From positions 23,038,070-23,102,069 of the forward strand of contig NC_069006.1 in the NCBI RefSeq assembly GCF_001194135.2: DNA of 64,000 nt. The letters are read 5' to 3'. A program made the position numbers and the translations under genes. Below are positions 1 through 14,254 of this stretch, piece by piece. The notes under the pieces are model-generated. The model saw only the letters and a list, made by a program, of their open reading frames with translations, was not told the origin of the DNA and searched no databases. This stretch comes from Octopus bimaculoides (taxonomy: Eukaryota). Within the stretch, counting starts at the first letter, position 1; each line of letters opens with the position of its first letter.

Positions 1-113
1 TCTGGTTCTTTTGCATCAGATGCTGTTACTCGTGAAGAATTCCTGGAAGTTTTGTCCAACCTTACTAGCATCTTTGTGAAAGCAACAGTTGACAGTGGCC
101 AAACACAAGTCCG
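1..113 (+). CDS. HSPG2: perlecan exon w1 (5'-truncated), L4-1 C-terminal part
   Basis: [38 protein letters not shown]; donor GTAAGT at 114. Confidence 0.9.
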
Positions 114-2700
114 GTAAGTACCTGTTGATTGAAGCTTCTATCTATTTATCCAATATTTTGGGTTGAGTTCTGTAAGTGGATCACTGCACTGTTCATTTCA
201 TTATATTTGAATATTGGTCAAAAATAATATCATTTGTGAAAAAGTGATGAAGTCAGATTTTGAGAAATGCTGTGTGGTTGACACTAGATGGCAATAGGTC
301 TGCTTTAAAGGAGATAATATATCTGTATTTAATATGTTGGGTTTAAATGCAAGAAGCTTTATTTTATGTTATCTGATCAAGAGAAAATGTTTCTTGCTTT
401 AGACTGGTATTTCTTCAGTAAGACTGTTTATTTCTCTTTCACTTTCTGCTACTTTATATTAACAGAAAGTAAACCAATTATTTTGTTGAAGATTCTTAGA
501 AACAACATAACTGGGATAATTGGGGATAATGTTTTCTAACACTGGTATAGAAGTTTCCTGTCTGACCTTTTATACAAGTTTCTGTTTTTATTGTTGGTGT
601 TTTTTATGGTTAACTCTGCCTCAATATATATTTTCAGTATAAGTGGTATTGTAATGCACATGGCACGAGAACAAGGTACTGGAGACCGAGCTGTATTTGT
701 GGAAGAATGTAATTGCCCAACTGGTTATGATGGCTATTCTTGTGAGGTAATCTAGATTATCCTTTTATTTAACTACTTTTGATTTTTAATTGGTGTTTTT
801 TTATAGCTTAATTCAGAGAGGAAATAGTTATGACTATGACCTTTTTCACAGCCTCTAATGACTGGTGAGAAAAATGTTATTTTCACTCCAGAATCCTTGC
901 TTGTAACAGAGTGGAGTCTGCTAAAGTCACTCAAGGGTCATGTGGTGGTATTAAGTCAGGTGAATTAAAAGCAACTGTGTTACTGTAACAGCTACGTTTT
1001 TCTTCTATTTCAGAGATGTTCTAAAGGATACTACAAGACCAACCAGGGTAAATATGGTAGCTGTGTTCCTTGCAACTGTAATGGCTTTTCCAATGACTGC
1101 GATCCAGTTACAGGAGAATGTATTGTAAGTTGATTCATTTCTTAATGCTATTAATTATCTTCATCGTACATTTCCTTTTCTCGTTATTATTAAAAGCTGA
1201 ATTGATACACACAGAAGTGTGCATCTTAAAACCAGAGTTAGGCTTAGGTGGGTTGGTAACGAAAGGGTTAAAGTTAATGGAACTGTGAAAAGTTCATCTT
1301 TACTCTTTTAATAAAACAAAGTTTACTGAAATAAATGTTGTTTCAGAATTTTTGTGTGTTTTTTGTTTTTGTTGGAACCAGAAGTAAGAACAAAATGAGA
1401 GAAAAAGGAAAGAAGATATAATTTTATTAACGTGAGTTTTATTTGCTTCACTTGACTTTTTTCCCCCATTATGTCATTTACAGGATTGTCAAAGGAATAC
1501 AGGTGGTGCCCGCTGCGACAGGTGTGAAGAAAGTTATTATGGCGATCCTCTGCGAGGAATTGAATGCCGACTCTGCCCATGTCCTCTTACCTCAGGACCT
1601 AACCAGTATGTATTTTGCTAATTATACCAACATAAATTAAGTGAACCAGACAAGTTAAAAATTTGAAATAAATGAAACAAAATAACTAGATAATTATATA
1701 AAAATCACAATAATTTTAAAAATTGACAAGATAATTCCACAAATGTTGGTAGAGGGAATTGTCACTACCACCCCCACTCCAGTACTCAAAAACTACATAT
1801 TTTAGTAAACTGGTGCCTGATGGATTTGAAACTCAGAATACAAAAGGATTTAACTAATTCTGCGAATCATTCCGTTCAGCAATCTCCCAATTCTTTCAAA
1901 GGATTTCTAACTTGTATATATGACTACAAATTTACTGTAAAGTAGTGTAACCTACTGAAATAGTTATCAGCATCTATAATAACGATACTTTATTTAATTT
2001 CTAGGTTTACCAAGAAATGTAAACTCAACCCTGATGGTAGCATTGAATGTATTGGCTGCCCTGAGGGACATATTGGTAAACAGTGTGAGAAATGTGCCGA
2101 TGAATATGTTGGTGATCCAACCAAACCAGGAAATTACTGTCGACGCTTTGATGGTAAGTTGCAGTTACACCATACTTTATACATGGCTGATGGTTTGTAC
2201 ATGTGTGTGTATATAACATGGGAGAGAAAGAAAATGGATTTCACAAGATTGTTTATTAATTACTATATCTGTCACCTGAAAGACACAAATGCATGATGGT
2301 TTGAAATGATCATAGTAATTAATAAAGAATCCCATGAATTCCATTTTCTTTCTCATGAATTCCATTTTCTTTCTCTTTCTTTCTCATTTGTTATAAACTC
2401 TATGGACACAATAGAATTTCTAAAGTAAATCTAGTGGCATTTGAATTCATATTCAGGTAGCTGAATACAGCGAATGGGCTTTAAACAGCATACAAGGTGT
2501 ATATGTATATATATATGAAAATCATGTGAAATCAAGAGAAGAAAAGAGGGTAGAAGGTTATGAAGATGGTCTTGTAGAACTTGTACACTAATATCACCAG
2601 TGTGTGTGTGTGTGAGAGAGAGAGAGAGACAGAGAGAGAACTTATAAAACCCCCTTATTTATGCAGTATATGCGAATATAGCTGTTTGACAGTATGTTTA

Positions 2701-2734
<34 letters not shown>

Positions 2735-3146
2735 ATGATTGTAGTTGTTTGTATATATGCAACATATCTATAGAGGAAAACAGTAAAATTTCTTCTCAAT
2801 TCCAGAATCATGTGATTTGAGAGGAAGTTTCTCCAGAGATCCAGATTTAACAACAGAGAAATGTACCTGTAAGGTAAGTCTTTGTTCTGATCAAGGCTTG
2901 TTATGTCAAAAAGAAAGAAATGAAGAGGAGAAAAAACACAGATTCCACAGGCCACATTTCGGCAGCTCATCTAAGAGTGCAGTAACACAATAAAAGGCAC
3001 CTAGCCCATGTTACAAAGTCTGAAGTCCTTCAATATAGTGGAAGGTACACTAGATGCCGAAATATCGTTCACTTGATAACAGTGACACTCTTCTTTTTTT
3101 TGCTTCTGTATACCTTCTGGAGGAGTTACCTCAATCCTATAAAATA

Positions 3147-3202
<56 letters not shown>

Positions 3203-6200
3203 TAAATGACTAACATCCTCACTTGTGGTTTATACCAAAGACTGAAATTGATAATGATTATAATTAGAGCTGTAAGTGAAATGATTGAATGTTTGTCAAA
3301 TACCTTTTCTAATTGATATGAGTTTATGAGCAATATTTCCCTTTTTTTCTGCAGGCCAATACCAAGGGTGAGAGTTGTAACAAATGTATTCGAGGCTCTT
3401 TCTACCTATCAAAGCACAATCCAGAAGGTTGCATTTCTTGTTTCTGTATGGGTGTAACTGAATTCTGTACAAGTACCTCCAGAACAAGGACTCAAGTAAG
3501 TATTGAGAATTCAGTAAGGAATAAAAGAATAATTACATTCAAAATGAGATAAATGTTTGAAAAATCTTTGAGGAATGCAGATGAGGAGTTTCTCATTTGA
3601 ATTTTTCTTCATCAACATTGCAGTTAATGTTGATGAACAAAAACAAAGATATTGTATTACTACATGTGGGTTGTTTAATGATCCTATAATAATTTAGGAA
3701 AAAATTCTCTTCTTAATAAAGAAAAAAATAAATAAGTACATGAAAGAAAATAAGAACTCTAATGAAATATGAATATTCTTCTGAATAAGTTATTCATTTA
3801 TTTAAATTTTTGTACCGGGACCATGATTAAGAATTGTCTAACTTGAATTCAAAAATCCTTTTTTCAGGTGGGTTATCCATTTAACAGCGATCGAGCAGGT
3901 TTCTCCTTATCTGAAATGCACACACCCTCAACATTGATTACAACAGGATTTAGTGTCAATGCTAACAAAGACCTCATATATCGCAACTTCTACAGTCAAC
4001 CTGAAGGTGTTTACTATTGGACACTACCCAGCCAGTATTTAGGAAACAAGGTATGTATATCGTTGTGTAAACAGGCTACAAGTAGGAAGGGCATTCACAA
4101 GTAAGAAACAAAAATGTGCTTTTGTTGAAATTTGCAAGAAGCTGTCACACCTGTGTTACCATGAAATAAATGATTATAAAGGTACCAAAAATTTGCTTTA
4201 TATTTAAAAGCTGTAAAATTTTATGGTAATTTAAAAATACATTGCTCCTTCAGTGAACATAGAAAATGATTTAGATTTTTTTGAAATGTCTGAGATTTGA
4301 ATATATTCCTAAGCAGTACAGTAAAACTAAAGTGAATCTCTTTTCAACGACTTTACCCTAACATACTACTAAAAAAAGGATACACAGTAACTTTCTATAA
4401 CTTCCTTTTTTCAAGTAAAACATGACCAAGTGGTTAAGAAGTTCACTTTGAAACTACTTGGTTTCAGGTTCAATTCAACTGCATGAAAGTGTCTTCTGCT
4501 ATAACTTCAAGTTGAACAATGAATTTTGCATCAAATTTGTTCGGCAGAAATTATTCCTAACAAACCATATTCAACACTAATTTTGGAATGCCATTTCTCC
4601 AAACCAAACAGAACAGTTTTTATTTTAATCATATCATTGTGCAATTCTGTCTTAATGGCAAATTAAAATGAAACTCTTTTTTCCTGTTGTTGTTTCCGTA
4701 GCTCACTTCATATGGAGGATATCTGCGTTTTACCATCAATTACCTGCCAGGTATCAACACATCTCCAACTGGTGGCCATGACATTGAAATCTCAGTAAGT
4801 CTTTTGAAACCAATATGCTGGGGTTTTAGTTAAATCTACTTAACCTTCTTTATAAAAAGTGACCTCTGGTTATGTCTGAGAGAATATGGTCCCCTCAAGT
4901 TAATTCTATCTTTTTTTTTTCACCTAATAAGTATTTCAAATTGAATTTTTGATACTCACGACATTAGACGTATTGACACTAACTTAGCCATTGATTTTTC
5001 ATGCAGATGGTACCTCTGAGTAGTTTTTACCAGGTTGTTTTTTTTAATCTGATACTTTTTCATGCTTAGTCATGTGTAATACTGATATGTAATTAGTCAG
5101 TTGCTTATCACAACATCAGAAAGTATGGTTGACATGATGCTTCTTTGAGGAGGTTTAATTATATCAAAACATGTCTATAGTTGTCTCCTATGGTGGCTGA
5201 AATGATTAGAATAATATTAACCATTGAACTCATAATTATTAACCATTGAACCTCATAATTATTTCTGTTTAGGTTTTTAAATTGACCACATTAAATATGA
5301 TAATAATTTAACTACATAATTGGTTTGTACAAACATACAGTCATCATGGAATTGAGGAAAACTCAAGTTTAAGATTTGGTTTTCTTAGGTTTTGGTTTAA
5401 TTTTTTTTCTTTTAAACGTGCTAATATCTTACTCTTGTTATTTTTTTTTCTCTTTACCAGGGTAATGATGTGACATTGAAGTATACATTTAAAAAACCAG
5501 TTGAACCTGATCAACATATGTCATTTGAAGTCCCTATATATGAAGTAAGTTTACCTTTCAAATCTAACACTTTGCTTACATGAAATGTTTTCATTTTTTG
5601 CATTTCTTTTTCTATGAAGGAGAGCATTAGTTCATTTATATTTATGAGAGGAATTTACATCACAAAGTCTATGACTGCTAATATGGCTTATACACGCATG
5701 CACATACATATGCATATAAACATGTACCAGTTTTAGTAATTTCTATCAGTTTTAGCAAAGACTTCCTTTTAAAATAACCAGTGAATATGAGGCAGATGGC
5801 GAAACTCACATATAATATGTTCATGTTAAAAAATATTAAATATAATGAGCATAGGTTGCTGTGAGATAAGAAGCTTGCTTCTCAGCACCGTTCTGGGTTC
5901 AGTCCCACTGTATGACACCTTGGGCAAGTGTCTTCTACTAAAGTCCCAGGCTGACCAAAGCCTTCTGAGTGGATTTGGTGGACAGAAACTGAAAGAAGCC
6001 TGTTGTGTGTGAGTGTGTGCATCATCATTTAGCATCCAATGTCCATGCTGGCATGGGTTGGATGGTCCTCCACACCACTTGACAACCAGTGTTGGTTTGT
6101 TTATGTCCTAATAACTTGGTGGTTCTGCAAAAGAGATTGATAGATTAAGTACCAGGTTTAAGAGAAAAAAATAGAAATATATAACACTGAATCATTAAGA

Positions 6201-9200
6201 TCAATGCATACACATTTCGTACAAAACATATTTAATATGTTCAGCCTAAATAGTATTTGAAACCTTGACAGTTGACACTAAAATATTATGAGAGAATAAC
6301 AAAGAACATACCTATTCCTCTTGTTTAATATTGTCTTTTTTTTTTTTTTTTTCAACAGCAACACTGGGAACGTATAAATGGTGGCCCTACAACTAGGGAA
6401 TATCTTTTGATGGCTCTGGCTGATTTAAAAAGAATAAGAATCAAAGCAACATATAGTGTGAACACTAACCTTGCTAGGTAAAAGCCTTTGTTTTCTTTTC
6501 TTGTTTGCTTCCCACTTTTAGAAGGTGACCAGCTTCTCTTAACATATATGCACATCATCTAATTGAACTCTTTCATGCTAAGTGATAGGAATTTTCAAAT
6601 GAGAGAAATTTTGCAAGGCAGAACAAGACTGCTTTCAGGTTCAGCTTGGACAATTTTGTGTTTTTAGAGGTATCAAGGAATATCTAGGAGTACCGCCTGA
6701 CTGGCTCCCGTAGGATTTTCGAGTGAGATCGTTGCCAGTGCCCCTGGACTGGCTTGTGCAGGTGGCACATAAAAGACACCATTTCGAGCGTGGCCGTTTT
6801 CGTGCGGGTGACACGTAAAAGCACCCACTACACTCTCTGAGTGGTTGGCGTTAGGAAGGGCATCCAGCTGTAGAAACTCTGCCAAATTAGATTGGAGCCT
6901 GGTGTTGCCATCCGGTTTCACCAGTCCTCAGTCAAATCGTCCAACCCATGCTAGCATGGAAAGCGGACGTTAAACGACGATGATGATGTCTGATGTGCTT
7001 ATTCTTTTGCTTGTTTTTTGTTTTTGTTTTTTTGTTTTTCTAAGACTGTTGAGTGATAAGTGAGGGAGATTTAGTTGCTGATTGTAGTAGGTGGAGCAAT
7101 CACAGAGGATTCCTTGTTACTTGGTGGTAACCAATTTAGATGGCTTCTTATGAATATAATAAGTAGAATGAGATTACCCTTAACATATATGAATCTGTTG
7201 AGCTTAAGAAACTTTAGAACACAGTAATAGGTAGCAATATTGTGCTGGAATTCACAAATGTAAAAATGTTAAAATGGTGACCTACAAATTAAAACATGGT
7301 CTTTGTCAAAGAGAAATTCAGTTTTGTCAAGAGTCAAGTTAATGGGATTTTTAAACTTCAGATTTTTAAAATTCTCTTTTGTTTGTTGTTTTTTATAACA
7401 GCATCAAAGATATAACACTTGATGTTGCTGAAAGGAGATTTGCTGGAGAAAGAGCTTATGCTGTTGAAGAGTGTAGTTGCCCCACTGGTTACCGAGGACT
7501 TTCTTGTGAGGTAAACCCATTTTGACATCTTTCAACTAAATTAGTCTGTCATATATACATTCCCTCAACACTTATTTAACCTTCAATCAATGAGTGGTGA
7601 AGTCAGTTGAGTGTCAGTCTCTAAAGTCATGGCCTTTTATGGTCTAAATTCAAACTGCTGAAATTAGCTTCATTTTTCATCTTTCCAGAGTCAACTTTGC
7701 TTTTCATCTTTCTGAGGCTGATAAAATAAGTACTTATTTTATGCTGTGACCAGTATAATTGACTAGTTATTACTTTAGTCAGAAACACTGTTAAATGCCA
7801 GTGAAATACTTTGGTTTGTGTGAAGGTGTGTGGCTTAGAGTTTAGGGTATTGCAGGTTCTGTGTTATACATCCCACTCAGCTTGACTTTACCTTTCATCC
7901 TTTCAGGGTTGATAACATAAAGTACCAGTCATATACTGAGATTGAAGCAGTCAGCTACATAATCTATCACAAAAAAAAACAAAAAAAAAACTCATTCTGG
8001 CCTTATATTTAGATTAGAAATTTTTATTATTATTGTTTTTTGTTGTTGTACTTACTGTTCTTTTTTTTCTCTTTCAATAGTCTTGTGATGTTGGCTACAT
8101 GCGAACTGTACAAGGTCTTTACCTTGGACTGTGTGAAGAATGTCGCTGCAATGGTCACTCTTCAGAGTGCGATCCAGTCACAGGTGCATGCAGGGTAAGA
8201 ATTCAGAAGCTTTTTGTTTTTCTTAAATTAAGACATTTGATAAGCTCCAACTCAAATTAATTGACATGAATTTAATTTTAATTTCAACACTGCCTTATCT
8301 TTACGCTTATACAATTATTTTGTTATATAATCTTGATGTGTTGTACCAGTAATTTTAAACTGGAAAATAGTTAAAGATGTGAAATAAAATAATCTGTATC
8401 ATCTGGAATTTTCTTTGTAGAATTGCAAACATAACACAGAAGGAGATCACTGTAACCGCTGTGCTCCAGGTTATTATGGAAATGCAAGCAAGGGATCCAT
8501 CAATGATTGCCAGAAATGTCCTTGTCCTTTGACTGACCGACCAAACCAGTAAGTTTTATCTTGAATTATGTTTTCTTATACTGGATGTATTACTCTATTA
8601 CTGGCCATGATCTTATTGTGTCATTCTGTCATGTGATCTTACTTCTTTTTTTTAAAAAGAGGTAGGGTGTGAATTGAGAAAAATTTAGCTGCTATTTCTG
8701 GCAAACCAAGCAACCATTTACAGGTTGTTTTGTTGGCTTGAATACTATGATCTTGGATCTTGTAGATGTTGCTATTGCTTAGCCTAGGTCAGCCCTGATT
8801 AAATAAACCTGTGATCAGAAGCATTCCAACCATGACCATCCAGTCTTTTATTCGGATACAGAGTAAGGCAGGCTATACTATCCAAAGTCTCTCTCTTTAA
8901 GACGGTAAAGTATGCGAGATATTTAGGTACTATTTCTAGCAGGTCATGCAACCTTATAGTGTGGTATGGTGTGCTGTAGTGTGGTATTAAGTATTAGTGT
9001 GATATGGTAAACTAATAGTATGTGGGAGAATATACAAATAATAACAACAGACGAGGACAGGTGGTGTAAATAACAAAAGGATGTATTAGTATGACGCTCG
9101 GGAATACGGAAAGTCTTTGACGTTTCGAGCTACGCTCTTCAACAGAAAGAATACGGAGACAAGGAGAAAAGCACGGAGAAAAAAAATTGAATAGTGTTCA

Positions 9201-11547
9201 GTCAACGGTCAATCATAATAATGATAGTNNNNNNNNNNNNNNNNNNNNNNNNNNNNNNNNNNNNNNNNNNNNNNNNNNNNNNNNNNNNNNNNNNNNNNNN
9301 NNNNNNNNNNNAGTATGTGGGAGAATATACAAATAATAACAACAGACGAGGACAGGTGGTGTAAATAACAAAAGGATGTATTAGTATGACGCTCGGGAAT
9401 ACGGAAAGTCTTTGACGTTTCGAGCTACGCTCTTCAACAGAAAGAATACGGAGACAAGGAGAAAAGCACGGAGAAAAAAAATTGAATAGTGTTCAGTCAA
9501 CGGTCAATCATAATAATGATAGTATGACATGTTGTGCTGTCGTACAATACTGGATGATGTGATATAATGTGCTGTAGTATGATTGTGCTAAAGAATGGCT
9601 AATGTACTATAAAACATCATACTATGCTCATACAGAGCAATAGTACTGTATGACATGTGATAGTACATTGTGATGTGTTTCAGTATGTTATGCCTTCCTC
9701 TTGTAATATGAACCACTTTCTTTTCCTCTTTCCTATAGGTTCAGTCCAACATGTATTTTGGGCAGAGATGGTCAAGTTACCTGCACAGCCTGTCCTCCTG
9801 GTCATGCAGGACGCCGATGTGAGAGGTGAGTCAAATGAATAGGTGTTGCATTATTACTAACCAGGATTTCTCCTATTTCAAAACATTTGAGTATTTTTGT
9901 CCTTTGTAGATAGATTTTCAAACTTCCTCTTACTCTCTCTCTTTCAGATGTCTGCCTGGCTATGAGGGCAACCCCATGGCTCCTGGAGATTTCTGTAAAA
10001 CACGCAGTAAGTATGAAGTTTCTGAAAAATTACATCTTTTATTATTGTTGTTTATGATAACTGCTAGTTGAGCACTGGGATCAATATAATCGACTTAGCC
10101 CCCTACTCCCAAAATTGCTGGCCTTGTGCCAAAATTTGAAACTATTATTGTTGTTTACCCACATGATCACTCTTAAACATGTAGACTTATGATCAAATAC
10201 TTTCCAACTTTGACCATCCCATTTTATTTTCAGATATAGTATATCTAATACTGTATCAGTGTACACTTTCATTTTTTTTAAGACTATAGTCCATAGTTGA
10301 GAATGTTTGTATGTTTATATATACATGTGTTTATTTCATTATCTCCACAGATACCACAAGCTGTATGTGTGATCCACGTGGAACTGTACAGAACACACAA
10401 TGTGATGCCAATACTAAACAATGTAGATGTAAGGTATGTCGATATCCTATTATTATCATAAATTAAACATTTAATCATAAAATTTGTAGTGCAATTTGTT
10501 AAGGGGTTTGTCTACAGCTTTCTGACTTTAAATTCAATCATTATTAGAATTTGTTACAGCTCTTTAAATACTGAGTTCAAGTCTTGCCACTGCCAGCTTT
10601 GCTTTTCTTCCCTTTTGGGTCAAGAAAATAAAGTACCAGTCAAGTATTGGGGTCAATGATATTGAACAAGCCTTTTCCTAATTTAGAAACTGCTGTTGTT
10701 GTTATTATTATTAACATTATTAACGTGGTGAGCTGGCAGAATCATTAGCAAGCCAGGCAAAATGCTTAGCAGCATTTCATCTGCTTTGATGTTCTGAGTT
10801 CAAATTCCACCAAGGTTGACTTTGCCTTTTGGGGTTGCTAAAATAAACACCAGTTTCCCACTGGAGTTAATGTAAGTGATTAGTCTTCTCCCCCAAAATT
10901 TCAAGCCTTGTGCCTTTAGTGGAAAGGATTATTATTATTATTATTAAGGCAACAACCAGGCTGAGATGTCACTTAAAGTGTTGATATATTATTAAAACTT
11001 GTCACTTCATGCTGCAGCATTTCCATATTCCAGGCATTGAATAAATTAACAATTGTCTTTCTTTGTTAACTTCTAGGCATTTGTACAGAGGACAAAGTGT
11101 AACGCTTGTAAACCAAACTACTTCTATTTGAGTGAAGACAACCCACAAGGATGTCTGTCCTGCTACTGTATGGGCATTACCAACAAGTGTTCCAGCTCTA
11201 ACTTCAACCGAATGGAGGTAACACTGAACTTTGTTATTTTGACTTGAACTGTGACGAATTTGATTGTTGTTTACTCACCACACACTCACTGCATCCTTAC
11301 AGGCATTCATACACGCAGTCTTACATTTATCATCTATATTATTGCAATAGCTAGCATTATACAATTATACATGTGTGTGAAAAGCATTCAATGAGGATAT
11401 ATGAGAAACGTAACTGGAGAGAGATTTCTGATTTAAAGGAAGTAAGATTGTACAAGGGACAAAGAGAATGTGACCCTTTTCTTTATAGCCTAGCTCCTCA
11501 GCAGACGACCTGTCAAATTTAACTCTAAACTCCAATCTGGAAATGAC

Positions 11548-11601
<54 letters not shown>

Positions 11602-11855
11602 CATACAAAAATAAGAGGAGTGACCTGCAAAAGTGGACTCCTATATGCTAGAAATAGATGCCGANNNNNNNNNNNNNNNNNNNNNNNNNNNNNNNNNNNN
11701 NNNNNNNNNNNNNNNNNNNNNNNNNNNNNNNNNNNNNNNNNNNNNNNNNNNNNNNNNNNNNNNNNNNNNNNNNNNNNNNNNNNNNNNNNNNNNNNNNNNN
11801 NNNNNNNNNNNNNNNNNNNNNNNNNNNNNNNNNNNNNNNNNNNNNNNNNNNNNNN

Positions 11856-11889
<34 letters not shown>

Positions 11890-12830
11890 AAATACACACA
11901 CACACACACTCCAACAGTTGACTAGTTACAGAAAACAGAAGCCCATGAGCTCAGCAACCCATAAATTCTAAACTACTCAGTTTATATTCAATCTTTGTTT
12001 TCTTTTTATTTATTCCTTAATTTTATCCCTAAAATTCATATTTACTCTATGTTTTTCTTTTTGCTTTTTTTTTTTTTACAGTTAAAACCATCATTTGATC
12101 GTCAAGATTCTCATGGTATTGTTTTAACCAACCGTGCTATGTCTCGCAATGTTGTGGACGGTTTTAGGGTCAGTGCACGAAAGAAGGAAATCACATTTGA
12201 TTCATTTGATGCTGTTCAACGAGAAAGAGAAAGCTTGTATTTTTCACTGCCACCAAAATTCAGAGGAGACAAGGTAAAAAATAACAGTAACAATAACACA
12301 CAAACGCATACATTATATGATGGTTGTCCAATTATTCAAAGAATATGAATATTACTGGTGATTAGAAACTATATTCCACATGAAAATTTTGTTAAGAACA
12401 GTTTGCAGAATGCTGCAACAACTCATTACCAAAACCAAACAATCAAGAGACAAACTAAAGCAAGTCATTTGTCTCTGAAATGTCACTCAGTTTCATACCA
12501 TAGTAACCTTCAATTAAAGACATGGCTTTAATGAACGCTATAACGTGTCTTATACTATGTGCCCTACAACATGCAGACAACAGTTCGGAATTTCTAAGTA
12601 TTCTTTTTGTCCTGCTGGATTACTGTTGCCAGTACCACCTGACTGGCCCTCGTGCCAGTGGCACGTAAAAGCACCCACTACACTCTTGGAGTGGTTGGCG
12701 TTAGGAAGGGCATCCAGCTGTAGAAACTCTGCCAGATCAGATTGGAGCCTGGTGCAGCCATCTGGCTTGCCAGTCCTCAGTCAAACTGTCCAACCCATGC
12801 CAGCATGGAAAGCAGATGTTAAACGATGAT

Positions 12831-12876
<46 letters not shown>

Positions 12877-14215
12877 CGCATACTTAATTACATACATCCA
12901 TACTCACATTTATACTGCTCTGTATAGTAACTGATTTAATCAGAAAAATGTTGATGAGTGAATAACTAGTCCACAAGGTTAAATCCTCTCCTCTGCCTTC
13001 TCCTCCTTCAGTAATATCTATGCAAGAAGACCTTTCAGACATTACTATTTATCTTTTTGATTCTTTTTGTAGGTGACATCTTATGGTGGTTATCTGAAGT
13101 TCACATTGGAATTCTCAGTTGATGACGGTCGTGGAAATTTCTTCAGAGAAACAGATGTTGAAATCATTGTAAGTACAACTGAGTGTTTTATTTTGGCATT
13201 TCTAAGAGGTCTGGATTTGCAGAACCATTCGTGCATCAGACAAAATGGGTAGTCCTCATTACTCCGTAAGGAGCATAGGACTGGTTTCCTGGATTCTCTG
13301 GTGTATATATTATACCCAGGATGGGATGCCTATTGCAGGATTACTCTTTTTTTTTTTACCAGCTGAGTGGGCTGAAGCAATGTGAAATAAAGTGTCTTGC
13401 TCAAAAACTCAATGCATCGCCCTGTCCAAGAATCAAAACCACAATCTTACAGTCATGAGTCCAACACTCTAACAACTAATCCACACACCCCCACAAAATA
13501 CTTTATGATATTTCTTCTGACTCTTTAAATTCTTAGTTCAAATCTTGCTTTGGTTAACTTTGCCTTTCATCCTTCCGGTGTTGATAAAATAAAATTCCAC
13601 TCAAGTACTGGAGTCAACTTAATCAACTTATCTCCCACCACCACTAAAAATTGCTGGTTTTGTACCTAAATTTGAATCAGTTGTTTTAGCATTTCTTCCC
13701 TCCTTCATCTTTTACATTTATTTCCTTTCAGACTAATGGCCAGCGTCTCTATTATTTGTTCAACCCATCAGCTAGAGCATCAACAGCACAGAACTATGAA
13801 ATTCTGCTGACTGAAGTAAGATTCCTTTTTTTTTTTTTGTGTGTGTGTATTTTTCTTGTACCAGTGTAAATCTGTCCAAGTCTCATATGGTATTTACTCC
13901 TAGAGTGAAGGAATTCTCTAAAGAGATGTAGTTTGGTAAGTAATTCATTTATAATACGGTTAACAGAGATTGATAAAATGGATATAAGATAACTGCTGGG
14001 GTCAGTATAATTGAACACTTTTGAAAATAGTGATGTACTTGCTGCCATCCGATGATTGAAACCAGTGAAAAAAGTGAAAGATGAAACTAATTTTAAATAA
14101 ATAAGATGGATATTGATAAATTCAGTCCTTCTTTCCCAGAACATTGGTTTTCTGCAATTTCCTCTACACTTGTTTTCTCTGCAGCCATTGATTTACAAGT
14201 TGAACATTAACTGTA

Positions 14216-14254
<39 letters not shown>

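Noticed and set aside
2806-2873. LE module lacking Cys1 and Cys3 (ESCDLRGS...KCTCK)
   Set aside because: Human perlecan has the same 6-Cys module after L4-1 (recalled VRCDERGS...ACRCK). It is conserved rather than novel, though it helps identify the first L4 as L4-1.
2953-3068. Partial inverted pair ACATTTCGGCAGCTCATCTA / TAGATGCCGAAATAT resembling a decayed hammerhead or TIRs
   Set aside because: The core lacks CUGA, stem II does not pair and there is no stem I; too degenerate to call.
5847-5910. tRNA-like A/B boxes (also at 10726-10810)
   Set aside because: These are SINE heads without a complete cloverleaf; not called as tRNA genes.
11490-11971. Long ORFs spanning N runs and (TA)n/(CA)n tracts (also near 23.4, 25.1, 36, 37.5, 52.5 and 59.7 kb)
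   Set aside because: Artifacts of gaps and dinucleotide repeats (poly-X, YIYI, HTHT).
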